The notes beneath the pieces were generated by a model. The model searched no databases. It saw only the letters and a program-made list of their open reading frames with translations, and was not told the DNA's origin. This document shows positions 52,613 to 64,000 of a DNA stretch of 64,000 nucleotides, piece by piece. The stretch comes from Moniliella sp. 'wahieum'. Its lineage: Eukaryota. Position 1 is the first letter of the stretch; each line of letters begins with the position of its first letter. The stretch lies in contig RSEE01000006.1 in assembly GCA_003971905.1 (NCBI GenBank), positions 806,001 to 870,000 on the forward strand, read 5' to 3'. Both the position numbers and the translations under genes were made by a program.

Positions 52613-52729
52613 AAAAACATGTGCTTCCGAAGAAGCGACTCTTCTGGTCAAGATTGTCATCCTTGTGCAGGGACCATGCTAATCTTCTCTGTATTGTTCC
52701 AAGTTTAACGATAGCAAGCCGAAGCTTGC
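52613..52729 (-). ncRNA. SNR6: U6 spliceosomal snRNA
   Basis: 5' stem GCAAGC-UUCG-GCUUGC, then AACAAUACAGAGAAGAUUAGCAUGGUCCCUGCACAAGGAUGAC (ACAGAGA box, AGC triad, ISL), and a Pol III UUUUU terminator. Intronless. Confidence 0.98.
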
Positions 52730-53251
52730 GATTGTGAAGCCGACGCAACATTATCCTTGTAATTCGAATTGTATCATGGTCGCCGCGTGAACTATATTAT
52801 TTCCTCTCCAATCTTCTCCTGTACTCCTCTCGTTTTTCCATCCTCTCGATACAGCCCAAGGCTTGCTTGAGTACATACCCTGCACCCAACGGACAGGATG
52901 CTAGGTTATTCTGTCTCGCACTGCGCTTACAAATGAAGTGCGAAAACATCTTAGCATATAGTTTTTCTCCACTCCCCCCTCTGTCCATCGACACGAGTCC
53001 ATTGTGAGCTGAACAAGATATATGATGTTTAGCGCGGCAGCTGTGGTGACAAAGAGGTGGAGGTCAGACAGCCCAATGATGATGTGGATGTTGCTACGGC
53101 TCCTTCCAAGGAGAGCCGAATGGGCTAAGTTTGCGTCTGCTGGATGACCTGACGAGCACCCCGGCGAAGACCAGTATCGATGTGATTGATGGAATGATGC
53201 AACGATTGCGCATATCGTTATCGTCGACACCGGCATCATAGCCTCTATGAT

Positions 53252-54606
53252 CTATGACTGGATGTCCACTTTGGACACATGGAGCGCAAACGCCGGCGTG
53301 ATCCACGAACCACTTGGTTTTTTTTGTCAGCGCCTCAGACCAGAAAACAAGGAAGCGTCACGTACCACCCACATTGGGACCCGGCCCAATCATAGCTGCC
53401 TAACTTGGCTCCACATTTGGGAGCTGGGCAATCCAGGCGACCCTTGAGCTGTCCCTCGCTGAGCTCGGGTGTCATCCACTTGAGGGTTCGACAAAAAAGG
53501 CACCGCACCCTTCGGTGGGCAGCACTTCCCGAGGCGACAAGAGGGTAGGGAGGCGCACGCCTCGGCCCATGCGCAAGGCGGCCAAGTGTGGAGGCAGCGA
53601 GGCTGATAAGGCTGCCGCCGATCCCGCCGCAGCTTGAGGGAGAGTACGGCTGAGTGCACTGGCTTGCTGGCTTCCGGGCGCAATGCGCCTGTGTACCTCG
53701 AATGCGCCCTGGCCCTTGCCAGGCTCGTGGTCAATCAGATGTTCATTCAGCACCGCCAAGACCCTCTGCATTTCTTGCATCGCAGCAGGGGGCCGATGTC
53801 GCCCTCTGTAGAAGGAGGTGGGTGCGGTGCGCGCTGGCAGGCGGAAATAGGGGGAACACGGTAACCTCCCCCAGCGCCATGGGGAAGCGTGCTTGGGTTT
53901 ACTGTCAACGGCGGAGAGATAGAGGTCGACGGTAGTGCCTTCCCAGGGAGCATGCTGGGGGCTAAATGCGCGAACCGGCAACGGAGAGAGTTCGCCTCAC
54001 CAGCAAGCGAGATGATATTCTCACCTTGTCCCCTCCCTGAACGTCCAGGGTGGAGAGGAGGAAGCGGCGAAGTGCCTTGTTGCGTACATCCAGCGTGCAC
54101 CCAGCTTGGTGGTACAGCTCCAGTCTGTGAGGGCCAGTTAGTATAGGGTGATGATGCCAAGGGAGGGCGTACATACTGCCGAATGAAGGCATCGTTGGGG
54201 TGGGCCTGACTCGTCGCTTTCGCACCTCAACCAGCGCGTCCTCGGGGGCGAGATGCTGAGTGGCCATTAGATAGGCGACAGCCAACTGGGACGGCACATG
54301 ACTTAGTTGGGGCATCAACGGGCAAGAGAGACGTACAGATGCGCTACGGGACACGCCGGCCTGGCAGTGAAGCAGAATGCTGCCGCCTTCACTAGGACCT
54401 GGTGGATGAGCTGGTTGACCCGCCCAAAGTAGGGGAGAATGGGCTCTTCAGTGTCGTCAATGGGGACTTGGTACACCTTGACCCCAGACGGGTAAGGCAC
54501 CTCCATCCGCGTTGCATTGACCACATGGGTAATGTGGGCCAAGGCAAGTAGCTGGGCGACGTGGCGCTCGCAATGTCGCCAACCCAGGGGGGTGCACTTC
54601 GTCCAT
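53252..54606 (-). CDS. YVH1: dual-specificity phosphatase Yvh1/DUSP12
   Basis: ITHVVN, LLHCQAGVSRS, RCKKCR..HLIDH, FFVEP.WM, GRLDCPAPKCGAKLGSYDWAG, WITPAFALHVSKVD. Three introns. Confidence 0.93.
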
Positions 54607-54840
54607 GTTGTCTGAGGGGCGAAAGACGAGCGGGTTGGTTGCTCTGCCCAAATTTTTTGGTGGCAGTGGCTTCGAGTGGGCAGCGGCAGCCGCGGTGACA
54701 TGTGCCACGTGACACATGCAGCTGGCAATGTTGAAATCTTCTGGCACTCGATATCCGATGCGCTGGCCAATACCACACCACTTGCGCTTGGCCCAACGGT
54801 TTCTACCCTCCGCTGTGCTACCGACCTGCTCGTGAACCGG

Positions 54841-57086
54841 ATGCACGTGGTGCGGCTGGCACGCAGGACGCTGCGTCCTGGGGCGCAGGTACTTTCCTCG
54901 TCCCGCATGGTGCGCCCTGTGCCCCTGCGCGCGTTAAGCACGCCCAGCTGGAAGCGCACTCATCTCATCTCCGACCTAACTGAGGCAGATGTGGGCGCAG
55001 AGGTGCAGCTTACTGGCTGGCTCCATCCCGTACGAGAACGGTCCAAGCATTTGGCCTTTGTCAAACTACAGGACTCGACCGGGGAGGTGCAGTTGCTTGT
55101 GCGTGTGCCGGAGCAATCAGTTCCCGGAAAGGAGGACGCCCAGGAGCTGCTTGCCAATGTACGGCGGGCGCCTGTGCAGAGTGCCGTGGCTGTGACCGGT
55201 ACGCTGCGGAAACGGCCCGGACAGAACGTGAATGCGGTTATGGCGAACGGGGCGTACGAGTTGGAACTGAGCCGGTTCCAAGTCCTCAACCCTGACCCAC
55301 TCCCCTTTGCACCCCATTTGCCCGTGCTGGCCAACGAGACGCTGCGAGCCCGGTATCGTTACCTTGATCTTCGTCGGCCCGAGCTGGCTTCCAAAATCAA
55401 GCTTCGGAGTCGGGTGGCGCACATTGTGCGTACCTCCTTCACGATTATGGGTTCGACGAGGTGGAGACCCCACTCTTCTCCGCTCCACGCCCGAGGGGCG
55501 GCGGAGTTCCTCGTGCCCTTTCGGCAGGGCCGCTCAAGGCGTCCGACCCGTTGTTTTATGCTCTTCCCCAGAGCCCCAGCAACCTAAGCAGCTGCTTATT
55601 GCCTCGGGTGCGGTGGATAAATACTTCCAGTTCGCACGATGTTATCGCGATGAGGACCAACGCTCAGATCGGCAGCCTGAATTCACTCAACTCGACTTGG
55701 AAATGGGCTTTGTATCGCCCTCATTGGAGCATGAGACGGGGGCAGAGCAAATGGCGGATTGGGGGAAAGGAGGTACGAGAGGTGGTAGAAGGGTGATGCG
55801 TGCATCTGGATCCAAGTGAAAGGGGAAGATCGGTGAAATGCGGGCTTTATGCCCGAGAGGGAGATACGGGTTGCCCGTGGTAACGTTTTCCCATGCGATG
55901 CGAACATATGGGTCGGACAAGCCCGATCGACGATTTGGTCTGCCGATCCGGACATTGTCAGACGCCTTCTCCGGGGAGGAGAAGGATTGAGCTGGACTTG
56001 CTCGTTGTGCCCTCTGTAGAGGGTTTGAGCAGCAAATTGGAGAAATCCATCGGGGCTCTCAAGCCAACCCCAGCACGCAGGCAGTCCTCACTCGCCTCTG
56101 GCCCACTGCTTCACGTACCATCGAGTGCTTCAAGGCCAAACTTACTGAGCCCGTTGAGGGGGTGGCTCAAAGGATTCTCACTCGCAGTGGGCTTGGTAGG
56201 ACAATATGGTCCCTCCCCCGACTGTGCCAGGAGAGTGGAGGAATTATTGACGTCGGCATTGACCGCAGCAGGCAAGGAGACTTTCCGCAGTACTTCGGAT
56301 CCCAGTTCTGCTCTCATTTTCCTCGCCCCCCGTTGCGGGCCGGTGTAGGTGGATCCAGTGTACTGGGTTCTGCCCGTCTTTTGGCCGCGAACCTGATTGA
56401 GGGGGCAGGTCGCCAAGTGAGGAGTACCAAAGACGATATGTTCTGGGTTACCGAGTTCCCTCTCTTTTCACGTGAACTGGCCGAGGATGGGACGGATGTG
56501 GGGTGGACCAGCACTCATCACCCCTTCACCTCCTCTGACGAGCCAACTTCCATTGCTCGCGACCCAAATTTGACGGACGAGACGATTGGTCAATTGCGGG
56601 GACAACACTATGATCTCGTTCTCAACGGCACGGAAATTGGCGGTGGAAGTGTCCGTCTTCACCTAGCGCGAGAGCAAGAGATTGTCTTCCGTCGCATCCT
56701 CAATCTCAGTGATGAAGAAGTTTCTCGGTTCAGCCACTTGCTTGGGGCCCTGCGCTCGGGCGCGCCGCCCCATGGGGGATTGGCGATTGGTACGCACCCC
56801 TCTCTTACGATTGCCCGTGATGTTGTGGACTGGAAATACTAACTTGATGTGTGCACAGGCTTTGACCGCCTGATGGCGGTTCTGACCCACTCTGAGTCCA
56901 TCCGGGATGTGATTGCGTTCCCGAAGACGGCTTCGGGTGCTGACCTTCTGTTCGGTTGTCCCGCGCCTGTGAGCGACATGATCGACTTTAAGGTCTCCCC
57001 TACAGGAGAAACGGGGCGACAGCAAGAGGCAATCCTAAAGCGCTATGGGCTGGCAAAAGCGGCACCGAGCCGCCCAAGACAGCGTA
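54841..57086 (+). CDS. MSD1: mitochondrial aspartyl-tRNA synthetase
   Basis: KRTH..., [91 protein letters not shown]. Intron about 56790-56858. Confidence 0.95.
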
Positions 57087-57252
57087 AAATGCATCCCTCC
57101 CCTCTGTTGGAAGACCTTCAATTGGCAAGGTTGCGACGGCATCAAATTGGCTGTCTACCGAGCCCTTCAAAGAGGAGCAAATTGTAGAGCAAGCCCACAG
57201 GATATCGATATCGCCCGAGAACACAGACTGGGCTGCTGGGTGCTGCAAGCGA

Positions 57253-57301
57253 GTCACGTGCAAGATTCACTGCGAGATCCCGCGCTGGATTCTGTAGGGT
57301 T
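57253..57301. promoter_or_regulatory. GTCACGTG (Cbf1-type E-box) plus TAGGGTTT (telobox) upstream of RPS25
   Basis: GTCACGTG at 57253-57260 and TAGGGTT at 57295-57301. Confidence 0.5.
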
Positions 57302-57509
57302 TCCAGGGCGTAATATTGCCAGCACTGCCCATTTGCTCATTGGGACTACACTGCCCCGATGGCTTGCCCAGGCGCGCTATCGAGCTCATCGCTGTTCCCT
57401 CTCCCGAATCTATCTCCATCAAGCCAACCCCTGGGAGCTGGTCGCAAGTGAGTTTACTACTGATAGCCTCCTGCTCCCTCTCTTCGTTTTCTCTCTGGCC
57501 TCAGGTACA

Positions 57510-57938
57510 AGTAGGATGCTCGCATCCGGCTGTATGCGGCATCCTTGTGGGATACGCCAGAGTGGAGCAGTGCTGGCTGTGGCGTTGATGGCTGGCCATG
57601 TTGGATAGAGGTGAAGCTAATGCTTATTGTCAGTGCCCCCTAAGAAGTCGGCGATCCTGGCGTCGGCCACCAAGAGCGCGAAGAAAAAGAAATGGAGCAA
57701 GGGCAAAGTGAAGGACAAGGCACAAAACAATGTTGTGCTGGATAAACCGACGTACGACCGCATCATCAAGGAGGTCCCGACGTTCAAATTCATTTCGCAG
57801 TCGACGTTGATTGACCGGTTAAAGATCAATGGTTCCCTTGCCCGGCGCGCGATCAAGCACCTGGAACAAGAGGGCCAGATTAGGCGCGTGGTCCACCACC
57901 ACGCCCAGTTGGTCTACACTCGCGCCACGTCAGACTAA
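57510..57938 (+). CDS. RPS25: 40S ribosomal protein S25 (eS25), start codon split A|TG by an intron
   Basis: (M)PPKK...KKKKWSKGKVKDKAQNNVVLDKPTYDRIIKEVPTFK..LIDRLKINGSLARRAI..HHAQLVYTRAT. The exon starts TGCCC at 57634 after GCTAAT...CAG. Confidence 0.97.
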
Positions 57939-58748
57939 GAAATTCATATATATCCCCCTATGACCTAGGTACGCTGCGAACAGTGTGCGCAGAACCCTGA
58001 TTTTGTGCCCCTGAGCTCTGACCATAGCAGTTTGAGGAGTTTACCTTGTGCCTAACCCCTTACCCCTTACCCCTTTCTGGTCGACTTCAAATGGGCATGA
58101 CTGGCATCAGACATGTCAACATTTAGGACGAGGCTAACGTCGGTCAGGTACGCTGCTGCGTACACCCCGGGCACACCAATTGGGATTTCGTGCACTTGGT
58201 ATTCAGCAGATGTTTCCACTGCGTTTTAATTAGGCCGACTCCAGAGGAGGGATATCGAATGGAGAAGATAACAGAGACCAATGTGGATATCATCGCGTGG
58301 GTATTTGAGAAGTAACGAGCAACCGGGAATTTACGAGGAGACGGACGACTGGGGGGCTCTATATATTGTGTGGCACCGGCGGTGCCGGCGATGCCGGCGG
58401 AGAGAGTTGGGGGCTGCCGGGGTTCCGGGCGGGGGCGAACAGGACCTTTTTTCTGTGCGCTTCGCCCAGACACCCGAACGGGCGGGCGAGGGGTGGAGAG
58501 CGTAATAGAGCGAACACGAACGTCTTATGGCATATGGTGGGCGGAGCGACAGTGTTGCCCACATGTCTCATTGCGGCAGCGCCGCAGAGTTGCGCCACAG
58601 CCCACGGATATAGTTGGTGCCTAGCATCTCTGTAGTATAGCGCCCATTATTTAGCCCCCGTCATCAGCGCATCAGCCCCATCGCCGTCGAACTCTCTTAC
58701 CTTCCTCGCTTCTGTTCCACCACCTCCTTCTTCCGCACTCTTCTCATC

Positions 58749-60358
58749 ATGGCGCTTGCAAACCAAGTCCCCACCCCGGTCCGCTTCGGCTCACCCGAGC
58801 CCGTCGACAGTCCTCCCCACCCTGTGGAGGGCGAGGCACCAGATCTTCCGTTCTCATCCGGGCCACTCGCGTCAGCTCGAGTCCGACCTTTTGCCTGGCA
58901 TGACCCACCCGGGAAGTAGTACGTATGATTCTGATCAGTGCAGGCCGCCATGGCAAGCAACAACAGCGTATGCTAATTGATATGTGGACGTGGTGTCGCA
59001 GCGGGAGTTATCTACGTTATGGATCGAGCCACGGCCAATGGGTTTCAATACGGGGCTCATGGCTGGTCCAATTTTGGGCAGGGAGCGCCCGAGACGGGAC
59101 AGATCCCTGGAGCCAACCCCAAGCCGGCGTCCATTGATCTCTCTCCTTTTGGGGATAACGTGCATGAGTATGCGCCGACGACGGGGGTGACCCAACTGCG
59201 CGCGGCGATCGCAAACTACTACAATGTCACCTTCCGGCAAGGCAAGACGTCCAAGTACACGGCAGCTAACGTGTGTGTTGTACCCGGTGGACGGGCGGGG
59301 CTGTCGCGAGTGGCGTCGATCATCGGATCGGTGAATACGGGCTACCAGTTGCCAGAATACACAGCGTACGAGAACATGTTGGGCGTGTTTAAAAGCCTGG
59401 TGCCCATCCCGACTCAACTGAGCGAAGAGAACAACTACAAGCTTCGGATGAATGGGCTCCGCAAAGAAATTCGCAACCGCGGTTTGTCGACGGTGGTCAT
59501 GTCCAACCCGCGCAACCCAACGGGTCAGCTGGTAGAAGGGGATGAACTGAAGGAACTGGTCCAGATCGGGAGGGACATGCACGTGTCGCTTGTGCTCGAT
59601 GAATTTTACTCGTGGTACATGCTTGAGGGCGAGTTGGGGCGTGCGGTAAGCGCGGCCGAGTACATTGACGATGTGAACAAAGACCCAGTGATCCTGATTG
59701 ATGGATTGACCAAGAACTTCCGCTGCCCTGGCTGGCGGGTGTGCTGGGTGGTGGGTCCTCAGGACTTGATCAATGCCCTGGCCGAATCGGGCTCCTTCCT
59801 CGACGGCGGGGCGAACCATCCCTTGCAGCTGGCGGCACTGCCTATGCTCAATCCCGAGCACTGTGCCCAAGATCGGATGGCGCTTCAGGTCCATTTCCGC
59901 GCCAAACGTAACCACGTGCTCGCTCGACTGGCCAAGATGGGACTCCCGGTGGAGGTCCCGCCCGTGGCTACATTCTATATTTGGCTCTGTGTGCGCAAAT
60001 TGCCGGTACCCTGTGTTCGGGCATGACGTTCTTTGAGGAACTGCTCAAAGAGAAGGTCATCACTACCCCAGGCATCTTCTTTGACCTCAACCCGGCCCAT
60101 CGTCGCAACATTATCGACCCCCTGGGAGCCGTTCGTGCGTCTCAGCTTTGGCCCGCCGCTCGAGGAGCTGGACCGTGGTTTGGATGGGATCGAGCGCGTT
60201 TTGGCCAAGGTCAATTTGGGCCCGCTTGCCGAGAAGGCCGAGAAGGTGGGCAAGCTTCCGCGTCTGGGGAACTACAAGCGCCACCCGCAGCCAGTCTACC
60301 TTCTTTTAAGGTCCATTTTTGGGACTGGTGTTCTCGCCCATTTTCTGGGCACATATAG
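58749..60358 (+). CDS. PLP-dependent class I/II aminotransferase
   Basis: GQGAPETG, HEYAPTTG, VVPGGRAGL, SNPRNPTG, LDEFYS, DGLTKNFRCPGWRV (PLP lysine), TPGIFFDLNP, VRLSFGP. Intron about 58923-59001. Confidence 0.92.
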
Positions 60359-60465
60359 TGGCGATACTACATACTTCCTACAGGAATTGATTGACGTGTT
60401 GTGGACAACGTTTGGATTGGTAAATAGACGACATGCAAAAGCTGTTAGCCAGAAAATTAAAGACA

Positions 60466-63400
60466 TCAGAAGAAGATGGACAGGGGCATGAGCGTATCGC
60501 TGGCAAATAAGAGCTGGCCCGAATAGCTCTCCTGCTCTAGCCACCGGGTAGGAAACTGGACCAAATGGCCTTGGGTGCTCTCAAGCAAGCGACCAATGGC
60601 AGCAATGTCTTCAGGGGTAAACTCGCTGGTCCCGCCCGAGCCAGGCGGCGGGTGAGGCTGAGCCCCTTGAGCTGGGTTGGCCGAATTCTTTTCCTCCGTC
60701 GTATTCTCTCCCTCTCGCAGCTCGGACGTTTTGCCCTTCCCAAAGGAACCCTGGGAAGGAGGAAGTGGAGCCTCTCCCATCGTGTTGAAGGAGGCGGTAG
60801 CCGAGTGAGACTGAGCCATCTCTTCCTGAGCCTTGGCGAGCCGGTCGGAATAGGAGATGAACCATTTGTACTCGCTCCACGTCTTGACAGTGTTCCGGAA
60901 CAACGCGAAGGGCACGACGGTAAATGAGGGTGTTGCGCTCGGCCACCGCGGTCCACAGATCATAATAATACTCGTCCTTGATGGGATCCTCAAAATCGCC
61001 CGGAGAAATGGGGATTTGGGGTCCAGGCATGGCAAACCGACCGACCGGCTTGCGTCGCCGGGAAGAAGCCGGGGGGGCGCCCTCTTTGTTTAGGTCGTTA
61101 TCAAAGTCCAAGGCGCTACCCGTACCATTGCCCTCCGCGCCAGGGCGGGGCTCCACCGGGAGCTGGGGGGTGGGCACCAAGCCCCCTGGGGTCCGGCGGA
61201 TGTCAGGCGTAGGTGCATTGGGGTCAGTGGGTTGCGAGGTGGATGCAGATGGAGAAGAGGAAGGAGAGGCCTGAGCCTGCAGTGCATCCACATCGATTCC
61301 CACATGTTCTTGCATGAGCCGGATACGCATTTGGTGGGGCATGCGTCCCACCTTGAACGGTATGCCAGCCATGGTCGAGTCAATCAAGTCCGTGTCCCGT
61401 AACACTACCGCCAGTTCCGAGTCCCGGTCGCCGCGTTGGGAACGCTCATTGATGTTGGCCGATCCACAAATAATAAGGCGATCATCGACAATACACAACT
61501 TGCCATGGATGTAGACTTGCTCTGTTGTGATTGCACCATTCTTGAGCCGCCCCCAATTGCGCAAACTAAAGAAGGAGATGTAATCGGCCGGGTCGATGCC
61601 ATGGGCTTGCAGGCGGCCAAAGATGGAATGCTTACCCCGACAGATAGTACGATATTGGCCTTCAACAATGAGTCGGACACTGCTTGCATCAGGGTGGTCG
61701 ATAGGGAGGGGGAAACCTGGTATGAGCGGTATGACGATTATGGCTCGCCACGGCGTGCCGTCACGATGGGCACGGAGGATGCGATCGACCAAAGCATCGC
61801 CAATGTGGTTCTCGATTTGCGTTGTCTCCACAACCGTGGAGGTGAGGAAGAATTGGTTCTCAATGTAGACAAAGTGCTCCGAGTTCTCAATTGCCTTGAG
61901 GTACGCGTTCTGGATCGAATGTTCCACCCGGTCCGGCGTGCCAATCGACCAGGGACCCGCCGACCTGCAAATCTGCGCTTCGCATGTTCCCGTCAGGCCA
62001 AATTGCTTCAGTTCGGCTGCACTAAAATCAGCAGGAGGGAGAAGAAAAGGCATCTCCCTCGTATGGTTTTTGATCCGCAGGAGGTAGTTCCAGCGCTGGA
62101 TAAAGTGCCGGGCCAAATCCCGGGCCGGCTGGCCGACAAGTTGCATGCCCACATCGTGCCAAGGCATGCGCGGGAACTTGTCTCTCGGGAATAGGTCTTC
62201 TTCAGGACGATTGAGCACGTTCCATTCCTTAACCCGTTCATTGGCATAGTCCTGGCCCGGCCAAATGTTTGCTTCGATAGGGCCGTCCGCAGTCTCGCGG
62301 ATGGGGCCCAGCAGACGTGGATCATCAAACTCGTACTGTACCCCGGTCTGGTCCGGATCCGCCTCCACATTGTCCGTCAGAACATGGGCATGCGTATCCC
62401 ATCGTCCAAAGCAGAGGTCAAACCCACCCATAAACCCAATCGCCTCGTCGATCACGCACATCTTTTCGTGGTGCGCCCAGTAAAAGGTGCCCGTTTGGAA
62501 ATGAGAAGGAGAGCGCTGGACCATGATTCTTGTGCAAATTGATCAAGCGTTGCTTGCTGTAGTTCGAGTCGGTGGGAGTGAAGTTGTTAGACACCTCGTT
62601 GTAGAGAATGACAAAGATCTTGACTCCCTCCTCGGCTTTTTGGCGGAGAATGGTGTCAAGACGAAACCCTGGGCGCCCCGGGCGACGCAGATATAATTCC
62701 TAATGAACAGTTAGTGTTCGGTTCCCATCAGAAGAGCGTGAACATACCGGTGAAAGCCACCAGTCGTGAATCATGATGCGATCCTTGGCACGGGCAAGGG
62801 CCTTAGACAAAGCCCAGTAGTAATCCCTCCCATCAATCAATGGCGTGGCATTGACGTGAAGTCGAATGGGCGCAAACGAGTCGAATCGGTTTGGACCGGC
62901 ATAGGGGTTGCGTCTGGCCACATCTTGCATCGACGCAACAAACTGGTTCATTTGTCGCTGGTTGTGTGCGACTAGCTTGAGCTTCTGGTGTGAGTTGATG
63001 AGGTAAAATGTGTGCGCCGACACACCATGAGCGTGCTGGAGGGTAATGTCCTTGCCTTCTTGCATATTGGCTGCCTGGCCTTTGATGAGGAGCGCGGCCA
63101 AGTCCATGTGCTGGTCGGGTTCCCCAGCTTCCTGCCCCGTCTGGTCGCGGGCAGGCATCTCCTCGTCCTCATCCGACTCGCCCATCGACTCCTTCAGGGT
63201 ATGGATGGGGTGGCGATAGATCCGCTTGGGGCGCGTGATGCGGAAGTCCATGTCAAACAAAAACACATCGTCTACCTTGAGGTCTCCAGGGTGGTTCGCC
63301 AGGATGAGATAGGACTCTCGGACCAAACACCACTTTTGATTCTTGCGCGTTGCAATGCGCAGGGCCATGTGTCCATGCGAGGACTTGCGGGAGACGGGGG

Positions 63401-64000
63401 AGAGGATATTAAGAAACCCTTGTTTGCCCTGGATCCCCGGACGACCAGCCAACGCCAATGCCAACGCACTGATCTCGAGAAACTTGCAAAGACGATTCGC
63501 ATCGGGCCGCAACGCGGCGATGCGACAGATTTGCACTAGCCATTCCTCAAGTTGGACGCGCATCGCGTGAGGCGAGTGCCGCAGCGCCGCATTATCCCTG
63601 TTGCGGAACACGGTGTGCTTCAACTTGGGAAGCGCAGGAAAGCCGCTCTCTTCATTCACCGCTCCTCCCGAGGGACCATCAGCCCTCCCAATCCCCAGTA
63701 TTCCTCGGAGCGACGCCGCACGGTAGTGAGTCTGAAGGATAAGAAAGTCGCGCATCTCGCGGTAGATGACCCAGCGGGCTAAACCATCTCCATAGGACAG
63801 CTCGACACGGAAGATGGCGTAGCCGGCCTGAGCTCCGGCCTCGAGCGAGTCTGTGACTCGAATTTTGAGATGGTTGAGCAATACCGGTACCCGTGGGTCC
63901 CCACTCTCGTCGCGGTCCAAGCCCATCTTGAGCAGCATGACCGGCAGGATTCCCGTCGACAGTTCCTGAGTCAAGTCGGGTTCTGCCTGGGTGTGCGCCG
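60466..64000 (-). CDS. SPO14: phospholipase D1 (Spo14-like), 5' end beyond the window
   Basis: PX/PH region, IMIHDWWLSP|ELYLRRP, HKD motifs HHEKMCVIDE and IHGKLCIVDD, RMPWHD, YIENQFF, GSANINERSQRGDRDSE. Intron about 62746-62700. Confidence 0.96.

Noticed and set aside
53071..53126. SECIS-like ATGA...AA...GA hairpin
   Set aside because: The geometry does not fit the SECIS core, and Dikarya lack selenocysteine machinery.
57500..57600. Minus-strand peptide VSHKDAAYSRM.SYLY, reminiscent of the Rpr2/Rpp21 N-terminus
   Set aside because: There is no downstream zinc-finger region, and the stretch is fully explained by plus-strand RPS25 introns.
58051..58076. Telomerase RNA template
   Set aside because: It is not a clean 1.5x CCCTAA template, and I could not see a supporting pseudoknot or CR4/5.
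58935..59915. Long antisense ORFs (also 51313-52158, 61436-62194, 1693-2562 and others)
   Set aside because: These are shadow ORFs typical of GC-rich coding strands and show no recognisable motifs.

Overview
Gene-dense, GC-rich eukaryotic DNA from a fungus. Short GT-AG introns with CTRAY branch points and the gene family content point to a basidiomycete, possibly Ustilaginomycotina, though that narrower assignment is uncertain. About 23 protein-coding genes can be reconstructed across reading frames. Almost all carry several 1-nt frameshifts, which look like uncorrected long-read indels, so CDS boundaries are approximate. In order: RPL28, SDH7/SDHAF3, YAK1, an SDR, a HapX-like bZIP factor, Swi5/Sae3, a NEDP1/SENP8-type protease, TFB2, a PDK1/PKH kinase, SLP1, two membrane proteins, LIP2, a GPI/Ser-rich secreted protein, an Avo2-like ankyrin protein, RPL20, an alpha/beta hydrolase, a membrane-anchored USP, a GH2 beta-mannosidase, YVH1, mitochondrial AspRS, RPS25, a class I/II aminotransferase and phospholipase D (5'-truncated by the window edge). 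There is also a U6 snRNA gene and two accessory regions (about 7-12.7 kb and 39-41.9 kb), holding a decayed Ty1/copia element and a probable LINE remnant. The most interesting signals are non-coding. (1) RPS25 has a start codon split by an intron, plus an optional 6-nt microexon whose donor is bulged out of a hairpin. (2) U6 carries an extra cUUCGg hairpin at its 3' end. (3) A TAGGGTT (telobox-like) motif sits upstream of all three ribosomal protein genes. (4) The promoter elements TTGAACGTTCAA and GTGACGCGTGA recur, the latter near CTGAG clusters. (5) The HapX-like factor has an AT-hook but no intact Hap4-like motif and sits behind an ATCTGATAA iron box. All calls were made by eye without database searches.
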